Shown here: positions 1 to 11,860 of the stretch, in pieces
Numbering within the stretch: position 1 is the first letter of the stretch
Layout of the letters: each line of letters begins with the position of its first letter
Position numbers and translations under genes: made by a program
Assembly: GCA_029953675.1 (NCBI GenBank)
Contig: JAMWBK010000006.1
Coordinates: forward strand, 1,550,001-1,614,000
DNA from: Rhodosorus marinus CCMP1338
Lineage: Eukaryota; Plantae; Rhodophyta
DNA: 64,000 nucleotides
Direction: 5' to 3'
Notes under the pieces: generated by a model
Told to the model about the DNA's origin: nothing
The model's input: the letters and a program-made list of their open reading frames with translations, nothing else
The model's database searches: none

Positions 1-1084
1 TCTAAATTATGCCGTCGGAACAATGGCCTTACTGTTCTCGGCTACTGACCACTTGAAGGAAGCTGTCAACTTGATAGAAAAGTTTCCAGAGGTTGATCTA
101 CCTGCACATATTTTTAACACTCTGATAGCGAAAGCGTCACGCTCAAATGATCTTGAAGGGCTTATGGAAACGACATTACAGCTTATGAGGTCCCGCTGCG
201 TATGTTGGCAGCCGAAGATCTCGCGCTGGAGCACCACGCGCTAATCTTCCGTTTTGGAATCCTTTTGCTTAGGTGAAATCCGACGTCGCCAGCTACAACA
301 CGTTGCTAAATTCTTTTCACCTTCGGAGGGAATACGAAAAGGTTGAACAGCTCTGGGACCAGATGATACAGCACGGTCCTGAGCCAACCCCAGCGAGCTA
401 CAATATCATGATAAACTACTACCTGGAAAGGTACGGATGGAGCCAAAGCTCGGGCGTTTTCGAGCAGAGTATGTATAGCTGGCCGGACTCAGCTACTCCT
501 GTTGTTGCAACTTTACCACACAGGGGCTTGCTTGTAGAAAGTAGGGAGGTGTTTACAGAGATGCAGGACAGAGGAGTCACCCCAGATCGATATACTTTTA
601 CAGCAATGATCAAAGCGTTTGGTCGGGATAACGAGCCCGAGAGAGCTGTTGAACTACTTCGCGCGATGTCAGGGAGCAGGCTGGGGGCTGACCCAGTGAC
701 GTACCAGGCAACAATTCACGCCTGCTTGAGCTGCGGAAGAGCTTCCGCAGCTCACGTTATCATGCGCGAGATGCTCGAGAATGGTGAGCGTCGAGGGTAC
801 CAAAAGCCATCATATCAGAGATGCTGACAGTCAACCAAAAACCTTCCTCCAATCCAGATATTCCTATACGATCGATGATGTGGACGTGGCTGCTTGAAGT
901 ATACATTGCAAAGTCTGACGAGTTGCGCGCGGTGGAGGTCGCGAAGAAAATGGGCGAGCTTTGCATACTTCCCAAAAGGAGCAACGTCTTGCACATGAAG
1001 AGGGAGATTAACCACCTCGGAGGACTCCAGTCCCTCTCCAGAACACTCGATCGATGGGAAAAAGATACAAGACCAGGCGACTGA
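1..1084 (+). CDS. Pentatricopeptide repeat (PPR) protein, 5'-truncated by the window edge, multi-exon
   Basis: PPR-type repeats such as VKSDVASYNTLLNSF, GPEPTPASYNIMINYY, GVTPDRYTFTAMIKAFG and ADPVTYQATIHAC. Manually inferred GT-AG introns at 200-272, 431-523 and 784-830 join ORFs 23..244, 273..827 and 821..1084 in frame. The frame is open back to position 2. Confidence 0.85.
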
Positions 1085-2045
1085 ATTGACTGAACAGAGT
1101 TTCCGCACGTAGCTCCGCTCAGTTTCTCTAGGACCCGTCGAGGCGATCGGAGCCTAGTACCGCTACTAACATCCACTCACACCCAAACTGTTCCAACGGC
1201 AAACGGGGCAAAATACCGTCCTCTTTTTTTACAGAAATGCAACAGACCCAAAACGCACCGGAGCCGCTCCATTCAAAACTACCAATCAAAACAAACGCTT
1301 CTACGTTTCTATTGGTTACTTCATGAAATGATGGACACGTGTAATCCCCTTGTGGACTAAATTCACACCCGTCCCCACTCTAATTATAAGAACTACTTCT
1401 CAAAACTATACCGACGCTAAACCAAATACAAATCCTTCATATGTATCAAACGACATTGATTAAAAGCCTAGAAACAGACCCGCCAAAAAGTCATCATATT
1501 TTACTCCAAAGTTTTACTAAACTTAGAAAATATAGAATCAACCACGCTCCAGACTTGAACCCCGTCGTGAGGGTGCCCGGCAGGGGCTCGTGATAGAGGT
1601 ACTTTTACAAGGAATATAATTCATTAAAAACCCTACCTGGCCCAGTTTTTTTTCCCATAATATTGTCACCAACGATTGCTTGAGTGTCTTCGGTCAATCG
1701 ATCGTTTTCTGAGGTGAGGAAGGAAGTATTGCTTTCTATTGATGGAGAGAGAGTGATGGAATTTTGCTTTTTTTGAAGGATTTTGTGAGGGAGCAAAGGA
1801 ATGCAGTTTTGTGAGGATGGGAAGTGGAGGGAGAGCCCTGGTGGGGAGGACGATAGAGAAGTTGTGAGAGTGAGGTGGGGGCTATTGAAGTCTTTTGGAG
1901 GCTCTTGGTGAGGTTATTAAGTCATTGATTCTGGCTTGGGTTTTGGGCGTTTTGGATTGAGGTGAACAGGTCGTTTTTATATATATATATATTTTTTGAA
2001 CAGAGAGGGATTGGTAGTGTTTGATCGTGTGTAGTTTCGGGAGAC

Positions 2046-2935
2046 ATGGGGGTTGGATTTGTTTCTGGAGGATTGAGAGTTGGAGGTGGCCGGCGAGTGG
2101 CGAAGACCTCGAGCAGGAGACGGACGAGTCATGTAAGTTGGGTGGGCCCCCGGGAGGTCTTGCTTTGCGAGCAGTCAGCAAAAATCACCAAGGTTCTGGT
2201 CGAACTCATAGATTTGCGTTTGTGATTGTGTAATTTTAGGTCGTTGCTGTTGCTGCGGCGGAAAAATCCTCAGCTGTTGAGGAAGTCTTGGCCAAGGGAT
2301 TCCACTCTGGGGTAAGCGATGAGGCCATTGACATGATGTCCTTTGTCCGGTGCCACAAGTCAATTCTCGGTCGTGGCGGACTGAGCGTTACTCAGGCTCA
2401 ACTATTCACCAAGGTTGACACGGCCAACTCGTGGATCTCGGTGAGAGCTCTCTCAATTCCCTTGCCCGTTGCCCAGATTGAATACCTGTCGGTGGCGGAA
2501 GAGGGACTTATCCTTTTCAGCGAATCTGTAATCTCGTAGGTGACTGAATATGAAACCAATGCCAGCCAGCTGCCCGGGATGGCCACTTCGAAGATCATGG
2601 AGGAGAAGATCGATGATATTTGCTCTGCAACGACAAAGCATCTGAACTCAAAGTTCTCTGATGTTTCGCCCCATGATGCGGCGATCTTCGAGTTTGATAT
2701 GAAGAACAACATCTTGAGGATCATTTCGTACGGTATTGCGGCGCATAGCCAAGGAGGATTCCTCCACGAAAGGAACGTGCAATTGACGAAGAGTATGTTC
2801 GAGGCAGTTGGGCTTCCGGAGAAGTTTTTCGGGGAAGGAGTGAAGCAAGCGAGAAAGGAGGTCATGAAGCTCGCTGAGAAGTCCGACAAGAAAGCCGTGG
2901 AGACCGCTTTCGACTACTTCTCAGCTCTTATCTAG
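2046..2935 (+). CDS. Hypothetical multi-exon protein with a putative plastid transit peptide
   Basis: ATG near 2046 gives MGVGFVSGGLRVGGGRRVAKTSSRRRTSH (FV motif, Ser/Arg-rich). Donor-like GTAAGT near 2132 and GTAAGC near 2312; acceptor TAG at 2537-2539 leads into terminal exon 2540..2935, which reads as a helical protein. No family recognised; internal exon structure is uncertain. Confidence 0.55.
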
Positions 2936-3674
2936 AGAGAACAACGCGCAGAATGAGCTTGCGAGGGAAGTTGTGTTGTTCCCAGGAGTTTTTTTGGGCC
3001 AGAGCACCCGTTGGAGACCCCTTCAAGTAAAAGCTGGTTTGCATTGTGTTCTCTGGAGGAAAGCAGAAGTTTTTCCGCAACGTTTCCAAACAAAAAGAAA
3101 GAAAACAGTCAAGCTTTGGCCGTAGTTCGGCATGCGGCGTACGCCGCGACGGGACCTCAATAGTTGCTTAAAGTTGGTGAGGTTCTAGTACGGCTTAGGA
3201 ACTAGACCCTATATAAGGAGAATAAAGGATAGCGTTCGTTTCCGAAGTGGTTAGCGTGCCGATCATAAAAAGTAGCGTGTACAAATGCTCATCAACACCC
3301 CATCACCAAGCACCAAGCGAAGCCTTGGTTAACTGTTCCGAGTACTAGGGAGAAACTCGCCGTGAAGACGATGTAGATCCAGACGAAGCTGCCTTCCGGG
3401 CGTCCTATATTCTGGCGGTCGTTCTCCAAGAAACTCACAGCGGAGAGCGCCTCTTTAAGAGCAGAGGAAACCCTTCGCTCGTGAGTAAAGGGACTAAAGG
3501 CCCGCCGAAAGCCTGCTAGATACTGAGATTTTTTCAACCTACCAATGTCACATAGGCCAGTGCCAGGTGGAACCTAGTGAGCAGCTTCTCTGGTGTGCAG
3601 AACCGAAGAGCAGAGACGGCGATATAGACTTTGCACAAGAGTTAATTCCATTTTCACATTCTTGTCTGAGTCGA

Positions 3675-6400
3675 TCATAAATCAGTGCTGTACTTCAGGA
3701 GCTCGAAATCCTGAGCTAGTTCTGTAGCCGTTGCGTTTCGCAGCTCCGTCGTGAAGAAGTTGGGAAGAAGCTTATCAACGCTGTTGATCGGGAACTTCAG
3801 TTCTTCCTGATCAGGGAATCTGTCCTCTGGACGGCCAATCATATCCAGCAACTTCCGCGAGTCCTCTTCACGGTTCTCAAGCTTCCCTATGAAGTTGTAT
3901 GGAAAGCTTCCCAAGCCGCACAGAACCTGTTGAGAAGCCCAATGATCGTTCTCAATCACTGTTGTTCCAAACAAAAAAGGAATGGGAGCTTTAGAACCAA
4001 GTTGAACCATCTTCACATCTTCTTGCCACAAAGGCACGTGAAATTAAAGCCGCAGCACGAGTGGGCCCTTCCCTACCATCCTTCTGTTCAAGCGCCATTC
4101 TCACAAAGTCTTCAAAGGCAGGACGCTCCAGCTTGCTCGGATCCTTCCTCGAAGTCTCGGACCAACCATACAGCTGCCTTATGAATACTTTGTAGTCTTC
4201 CGAAGTTACGTCCTTCTTTGCAAACTTGTTGATGTACGTGGACAGCAGGCGATGCATCGGGTGCCGCACAAAAGTGAAGGTAACAAACTTTTGGTCTCTC
4301 AACATGGAATCGATCTGCACGGCACTGAACTCGTCCAGAAACCTTCACAGCAACAAGCAGACAACCGCAGGTCACCTAGTCAGCGGGTGCACGTAAGGGA
4401 TAGTCCATTCTGGGCCACAACACCCACCTCAGCCCGGACTTAGTTCTGTCATGAAGGATGCTGAGATCGCGGTAGTCCTCAAAGCCCTCAAACTTTCTGA
4501 TCAAATACTTCCAGTTGGTGCTAGCCGCTGCTGGTACGGGACAGTAAATCAAATTTGCATTCGCCGATACTACTATTCGCTTCGCAAAAGGTTGTTGCAA
4601 AATTTGTGCGCCAGTTAGGACTTGCTCTGGGTACAGCCCGTCATCCTTACTGACAACGTCCAATTTGATCTGCGGTTTGAGAAACACAACATGAGGTGAA
4701 ACGGCATGGTCAAGACCAGCGAGGTCAGTCCTTGCTCTTCTGATTCATTCAGGGTTAAGGTGTGACAAGAACTTTACCCCGCCAGGATCCTCTGACGAGG
4801 GCTCCTCTGCATTTGTCTCGGGTTGTGCAACTTCATGCACAGACGCTTCAATTTCAGGGGTTCCTTGCTTTCCATCGAGATCTGTGGACTCATCTGTGCC
4901 CAGGCCCGTGTTGACATCCTGTTCCTCACCGCCAACAGTCGCGCTCAGCCCTTCGACAGATCCAAGTTGTTCAGATGTTCCCTGCTCCGAAGCAGTTAGG
5001 TGGTCCGATGTGACGTCTTGAAGAGTTGCTGCTACATCTTCAACCTCTTTCGTCTCACCCTCAGTTGCGTCTCCAGCGGGTGCATTTGACAGCTCGGCAG
5101 TGCCCGCTTTCAACGCGTCGGTACCAAGCTTCGGATCCTCTTCGTCCGTTTTTTGTGTCCCGTCTCGCTCGGAATTGGGCTGTCCGTCTGGTTCCAAGCC
5201 AGGTTCAGCATTATGTACCTCTGTACCTAAGTTCACCTCGACTTCCTTCCTTTCCGTGGTTTCAACTTCAGCAGAGGCCTGTTCACTGTTCGATACCGGG
5301 TCTGCTTCCGCGTTTGATGTGTCCGTGCTAAGTATCCCTTTGCCGTCAGTTTTGTTCTCGGATTGCCCTCGGGTAGAAGCCTGATGTCCTTCTACGCCTG
5401 ATATCACATCCGTCCCGGGATCCAACTCTCCAGCACCCTGCTCCTGTTTCTCTCCGGACTGTGGTTCGCTTTCCACGGAACCTGAAGCTGGTATATCACC
5501 CGAAAGCCCGTCTGTCCTGTCGTTTAGGGGATCCGCAACCTGTTCTGCACCTGGATCTGTTTCGCCTGTGTCGTCCGAGTCGGAACCTGGCTTCTTGTCT
5601 TCCAACTTTCCATCGTCAGATTTCGGCGTGTCATCAGTCCGGCTTTCCACATCTTTACTCTCACTTTCAGTTTGATCTAGTTCGGTCGCTTCCCTATCTT
5701 CAGAAGCAGAGTTTTCGTCCTTCAATCCTGAGCCAGTTGTCGATATTTTCTCACTTTGGAGATGATCTGCCGCCAAACCCAGGCGTGGATCCTCCGTCAA
5801 ATGCGATCTCTTTCCAGCTTCCGTGGAATCTGTATCTATAGTATCCTCTGCCTCTGTCTCTTGCTGTATATCGTTCTTCGCTGCCCCCTCGGAGGTCCCC
5901 GCATGAAGACTATCCCATTCATGTTTCCGCGGAGGACTGCGATGACCTGGCAGAAGCGGAGTTCCTGACTTTTCTGCTGGGTCAGAGTTGTCCTCCTTTC
6001 GCCTGAAATCAAAGCCTTGATGCTGTTTCGAGGAGTCCGATGTGCCAGATGGTGATCGGTGACAGGACGAACAGGAGGAAAACAGGTAGACCGAAATCGA
6101 AAAACCAAGGGCGGTAACCATCATCAAAAATACCTGTCGCGTTTTCTTCGCGTTGCCTTTCTTCTTCTTTTCAGATACTCCAGCCGGCATCGGCAACCGT
6201 CCATCGGGGCCATTCCTTCGACCCCCTCCCCAACTCAATCCTTGCCTGGGATACGCCGCAGGCTTCCCAGTTTGAGATGCAAATCCCCGGGCCTTAACCC
6301 CCGTATCCCGGTACTCCTCACCTCCCACCCCCCGCGCCACTCGAACTCCAGGATACTCAAGAGGTTCACGGAACCTTACGCTTGATGGAGGACCAGACAT
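3675..6400 (-). CDS. Carbohydrate sulfotransferase, Sulfotransfer_2 (CHST8-14/HNK-1ST-like) family; type II membrane protein with a long acidic stem
   Basis: Exon 1 (4745..6400 ORF) has a basic tail, a TM segment VFLMMVTALGFSISVYLFSS and a ~450-aa D/E/S/T/G-rich stem. Later exons carry LIYCPVPAAASTNWK (5'-PSB-like) and FTFVRHPMHRLLSTY (3'-PB motif), and end in LKYSTDL*. GT-AG introns near 4670-4777 and 4350-4427. Confidence 0.85.
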
Positions 6401-7799
6401 CGTCCATTAGAAACGAATAAAAAAAAAATTGCAAGTGACCCCTCCCACCCCCCACCAAAAAATAAGACCAAGCAGATGAAGAACAAAAAATTAAAAGCAG
6501 CCAAGCGATGCTCTCCTTATCTTCAAGGCCCAAAGATAACCCGGAAGTAACCCAACCTCCCCCCCCCCCCACACACCCCAACCCCTATCCAACCCGCATC
6601 ATCATCCTCATCGTCACCCCACCGGAAGCGGATCAAAACCCTAGTCAATGTAAAGATATCTTCAAAACACCCATTTTCCCATTTTCCGGACACGTACATT
6701 TTTTGCGACACTTTTTTGTGTTTTAAAATAAATTAGCGGCTTTCAATTTTTCGTCATATATTGAACTGTTTCTAATTTTTCTTATTTCATGATATTCCTT
6801 AGAGTGGCAGAATATTAAACCCGAGACGATTTTCTCGGGGTCCTTGGGAACGGACCGGAAAAGTGGAGTACACAAAGTCCCTCCGCCTGTGGCTAGGGCG
6901 ATTGCAGGTGAGAATGATGCCCCGGATTTCGCAGCGGGGTGGTGGGACCTGGTGGTAGCTGATTTGGCTGCTCTTTGGAGTGAACTTGTCGATCTTTCTG
7001 TGCGGTGTTCCGAGACGGACAATGTACCTTCCTACGTCCGATCGGCGTCTTGGTGTTGCAGTTTGCTCAGTGCGGCGATTGAAAGAGTGAAAGCACGCTG
7101 AAGTGATGATGTATTCTAGGTCTCGCGAGTCGACGTTGTCGTATCCGTTTGTGCCACTCATTAGCCAGTGCTTTGGTTTAGTCGATAGTGCAGGTTCTCG
7201 CTGACTTCGTGGCCTTTTTCGTAGCCGCCAGTTCGTCTTCAAAGCCTCTTAAAGGTGATGCCGTTGAATCTCTGGCGTTATAACGCTGCTTTTTGTTGAA
7301 CGTGCGTCATCAGCGTCTGTTTTCGTCGTGGAGATGTGTTTATATTCTCGTTTCTGTACATTTATTACCAAAACAGTAGTTTTTCGCTATCATATATATC
7401 CGTACGTGTAATGGCTAATTATTACTTTATTTTGAAAAGCATGTAAACGTTTATTGGTGTTTTTTGGAACGGACTTTTATGGCTCATCTTCTATGTACAT
7501 TTATCGGTCTTTTTATTTTATTATTTATCATCCGGGCGTGGTTGATCTGCGTACGTATAACATTAATTTATTATCATAATTTGCGAGTCGTTTCGGACGA
7601 ATAACTAAATATGGAAGTGAATAATTAAAAAAATCCCGAAGTTGCTGATTTCGAAATCGTTACAAAGCAAATTATTTTTAGCGGTCGCTTTTTTTAAAGG
7701 AAATGAAAGCGGGATTGTTACCTGTGTTGATTTTTCATATTTGTTTTGAGCATTGGCCGCCGTAGGGCCGTTTTCGAAGGATTAGTTGCAGATTGGCGA

Positions 7800-8130
7800 T
7801 GGAGTCTCGAGATCAGAGGGAAGCACCATGAAGCTCTATAGATGCCAGGTACCTTAATTGTGCACCTACCGTGCCCTGCCGGGCTCTGCTCTTCTTTCTA
7901 AGAGTTTACAGCTCCTCATCATCTTTGGCATCGATCGCGTTCCGGTCTGGGGGAAGTCCCAAGGGGTCAACGTTCGTTAAAGGTTGCCTTCATAGAATTT
8001 GAAACCTGAAAGCAGCCAGAAGAAACATTAAAACCGTGACTGAAGCTTGGGGTGCGGACCAGCCCCTACTTCGTGCTGAGCTTGTCTGGTATATAGTCTT
8101 CCAGTTCCAGCATCGACTGAGAAGCTGGCA
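7800..8130 (-). mobile_element. Possible decayed Ty1/copia RT fragment
   Basis: Stop-interrupted minus-strand translation LELEDYIPDKL.. and GLPPDRNAIDAKDDEEL*TLRKKSRARQGTVGAQLRYLAS loosely resembles the copia RT C-terminus (Y-x-x-x-VGSLMYLA). Weak resemblance, recognised by eye only. Confidence 0.25.
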
Positions 8131-8498
8131 TGATGGTGTAGCGGTCGCCTATCGACAAACGGCGGAGGCAATGCTTGTTTTCAGGTCACCATAAATCATG
8201 AACTGGGTCAAACCTAACCCGACATGGCATATGACGATGGCAAGTGCCGCGGTAAACAACTTGGTCACAAAGTACGCAGCTACGTGCCCTGGTATAAAAG
8301 CGTCGCGATGTGTATAGCAGCGATTCTCTTCCCGAATCTGACTATTTGTAGCCTGGATGATTCGAATCCGGAGATAATAGTAAAAGTTGTTGTTTATATA
8401 GTTTCAGTAGGCTCACGAATAATGCCTATGAAAAATTCTAGTTAAATACCCAGAATGCGTGGGCCTTTGCACTCTCAAACGAGGCTATCGACTGTCCT

Positions 8499-8705
8499 TC
8501 AGTCGCTGTCTACTCTGCAGAACTTCTCGCAGTGCCTGGCCTTCGAAATCGGACGCTTGAACCTTGACGAACCGCGGTCGGTCCTGGAGCCCGGATTCCG
8601 CAACTCAAATTGCGTTGCGTCATATACGACTCCGTTGTCCACGAAGTAGTTCTTCTGCTGTGCTCGCCTCTTTGCGAGAATCATCTCAATCTCTTCACTC
8701 GACAT
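8499..8705 (-). CDS. Small ORF with partial cytochrome b5-like motif (possibly first exon or pseudogene)
   Basis: YFVDNGVVYDATQFELRNPGS resembles the b5 motif I-I-D-G-x-V-Y-D-V-T-x-F-x-x-x-H-P-G-G, but has N in place of the heme-ligand His. A CT-rich tract upstream on the + strand (8700-8900) looks like the leaders of other minus-strand genes here. Confidence 0.35.
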   Translation of the reverse strand: MSSEEIEMILAKRRAQQKNYFVDNGVVYDATQFELRNPGSRTDRGSSRFKRPISKARHCEKFCRVDSD

Positions 8706-11340
8706 AGCTGTTGCAACCCTTTCTCAAAAATTCCGCTCACGCCAGTTTCAACTAGACCAAAAAACGAAAGTAAACCTCACACCCCTCTCCGTTCCCCCAC
8801 CCAGCAAGTCATTAGCTCGACTCCTCTGCAGTACACAGCCTTATACCCTCGTTTGCCACAGGCCGCACCTAGACGGTGCATTCAATGCTGAACATAACAT
8901 ATATAGAGTTTACGACTCATGGGCTCTCAGTCTCCAACAAAGCGCCTGAGACAGAATCCTCAGCCTCAACAGGAGCGGAGAGAAAAGACATTTGGAAACA
9001 GACCCTGAGACTGGAACAGGAAAACTCTCCTATTTATCTTCGAAAAACAGAATACCCGTTTCCACACCTCGCGCTCTAATCAAACTTTGATAGGAAATTC
9101 TACTTTTTTGGCCGCTTTTTTTCCCCTGACGGCAGTAAGAAACAGATTAGCAAAAAACGATTTGGGGCTGGATCTGGCTTTGTTTTTTTTGGAGGGGTCC
9201 CGCCCGCCCGAAAAGCCCGAATGACTGATAGAGTGTATGTGCGAACGAGCTGATCACGGACAGATTAAGACGTATTAAACCAAATCTAATATCATATCTC
9301 GTAAATATCTCTTTATTTGGAACTTTTGGAGGATACAGTTGTGTAAAATTTTCTTATCTAGATTCCCACACTGCTAGAGATATTTTAGGTGGTTGCCGTT
9401 TTGGCTACTTTCTGATTTTGCTGCTGAGCTTTCAGAGGAGATGGATGTATATGTATTTCTAAAATTTTATCATCAGGATCTGCTATTTCCAAGTGAAGAA
9501 AATACAGGTTTTCTTCGTGTTTCAGATATATATTTTTTAGGTGGTTGCCTTTTTTGGTTTTTCTTTTGCTTGGTTTCTTCTTACAGCTATAGCGCATCTG
9601 CAGGTGCTAAGTACATATATGTATTTCTATAATATTATCATTAATAATATTGTTTGGGGGAGGAAAAAGAGACAGAATGCCAAAAGTCCCTTTTTATTGG
9701 ATAAGTGCCATGATGGATTCTCCAATGGCAACCTACTAATCGGGATCATTTATTTTTCCGCGGATTCCTGTATCCCAGTAATTTTATTCAATTTATTGGT
9801 GTTTGCGAAAAACAGGTTTCGATTTGGGAGACAAGGGGGTGGGGGGGAGGATGGATTCTGACACAATCCCGCGGTTTACAATCTTTTTTATGTCTTACGG
9901 GTACGCACTTTTCGGAATGGTCAGTCCGACTTTAGGGTCTCACGTAAGAATCTTTGAAACTTTTAAAGTCGGCGGAGTATATTGGCAAATGACGACGTGA
10001 GGTTCGCTTCTTCTTCTTGAACAAGAAAACTATTGCTATTTGAAGATCTGCATGCCCCACCCCCCAAAATGAGAAGCAAGAAGAATGTTTAAGAAATGTA
10101 CGTAAAACTGTAACTAACCAAAAAACTTGTTCTATTTTGGGAGGAGACGCACTAAGCATGGCAGCAGCGAGGAGTGGGAAACTTAGTATTTTGGACCTAT
10201 TTCCTAAATGTAGAGATGGTGGCTTTTTAGCGCGTTCACTCGCCTCTCTCATTGAAAGTTTATATGATTTGGGGATAAAACCTAGCTGTTCTTTGAGCAT
10301 TGCGGTTTTTCCTCTTTTAGGTTCTATGTAATCGTTTTTTGGTATTTTTAGGCGTGTACGACCTGCTAGATGCTCTTTTTCTGTCAATGTTCCTCGCGCC
10401 TTCGCTCAGCTTATTGAAGGCTGAGCTCCGGAGGCATTGGGCTGATGGATAAAAGCGAGCTGGCGTGGCCTATCTCCCAAACGGAAAAGGTTCCCTTGCA
10501 GTTCTGAGTGCGGACAAAGTCAGGCTCGAGCGAGACCGGACAACCAGCGACTGCGAGAATAACGGGCGCTGGAAACATTTTTTTTTGTGGAAAATTGGGC
10601 TCTTGAGCGTCTGGTTACGACGGATATTGGAAGCTGAGTTCCAAAACTCCGGCCTCTTCGATGGAGATCCACTTGCGAGGTGACCTGGGGAATCGATTTC
10701 TGATACGTTCGTGCGCAAACGAGATTGAGCTTATGTCCGGCGTGTTCTTGGAGGGAGTTGTTTCATACGATTTTACACCAACAAATAGCTCACACGAGCT
10801 TATCAGCATCATTTATCGTCCAACCCGACCTGGGCTACTCTGCCATCCCCCGCTCTGGTGTGACCTCAGCTGGAAGAAGGCTATTTCAGATCAGGAGAGT
10901 ATGTACACGACTGATGCGGGAAGCCTGCGATACGAGTACCAAAACTCCGTTCTGCCCCTGTTTTTGCTCTCGAAAAGACCCATGCAGTCCAAGAAGCTAC
11001 TACTCAAAACGGGGCAGATTAGATCGTCTGAAAGACTGCTCGTGCGCCCAACCAAGAATGCAAGCAACTCCCGGGGAGAACAGCCCATCGCTCACTTCAT
11101 GCGGAGTGGTTACACATCCTTCTTCAGAGAGCTCCTTTTTTTTCCATGCATTCAAACACCAGCCACCCTTTTTCAACCTCACGAACACCCAGGAGAGATC
11201 TTGTACACAGGGAAGGTCCCAAGTACCCGGCGCTCCGCCTTTCCACTTGTCGTTCTCCAGCGAAACGCCCTCACCACAGATCGAGGCCCTGGCCATCGGG
11301 CTCCCACCAAAAAGGAACTGAATCCCGTGACGCTAAAGGA

Positions 11341-11776
11341 GGGAGCGGGGGCGGGGGGGGTGGTAGGAAGCAACGAGTCCAAAGGTTCTCAGCCGAAATC
11401 GATCTGCGTGGAAACGGAAATCAATACACATGCGATTCACCCCTTCAGACTTACAGCCCCTCCCTGACAGGATCTACCCGACACGTATAGGATGGAGTGA
11501 CGGAATTTATCGGCTCCTGATTGACACTGCCTTGAATCAACCCAAAAACTTTTGTGTCCCTGGCTTGCTTACGAATGTGTATATTCCCACACGCTCTAGA
11601 GTTGTGTAAAGTAGGGAGCCGGGGCGCGGGGGGGGATGGGGAGGATAGGAAGCAACGAGTCCAGAAAGGTTCTCAACCGAAATCGATCTGCGTTGAAACG
11701 GAAATCAATACACATGTGATTGACCCGCCTAAGACTTACAGCCCCTCCCTGACAAGATCTACTCGGGACCTATAGC
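11341..11776 (+). repeat. Imperfect direct duplication of a ~150-bp segment (11341-11490 vs about 11614-11776)
   Basis: Both copies read GGGAGC..GGGGG..TAGGAAGCAACGAGTCC..AAGGTTCTCA.CCGAAATCGATCTGCGT.GAAACGGAAATCAATACACATG..AGACTTACAGCCCCTCCCTGACA.GATCTAC. Confidence 0.9.
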
Positions 11777-11860
11777 CCCCCTCCCTGACAAAATCTACCC
11801 GGGACGTATAGCCCCTCCCTGACAAGATCTATCCAGGACGTACAGCCCCGCCCTGACAGG
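11737..11860 (+). repeat. 34-36-bp minisatellite, about 3.6 copies
   Basis: Units at 11737-11770, 11771-11806, 11807-11840 and a partial unit at 11841-11860; consensus TA(C/T)AGCCCCTCCCTGACAAGATCTA(C/T)CC(G/A)GGAC(C/G). Confidence 0.92.

Noticed and set aside
1545-1600. tRNA T-loop-like GGTTCAAGTC on the minus strand
   Set aside because: The T-stem does not pair beyond 2 bp and no acceptor, D or anticodon arms could be built.
2950-3660. Minus-strand frame with a hydrophobic segment (ORF 3292..3537) downstream of the sulfotransferase
   Set aside because: It is interrupted by stops, has no convincing splice model or family motif, and could be chance.
11737-11860. 34-36-bp repeats as a CRISPR array
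   Set aside because: The units are directly adjacent with no unique spacers, there are no cas genes, and the context is eukaryotic.
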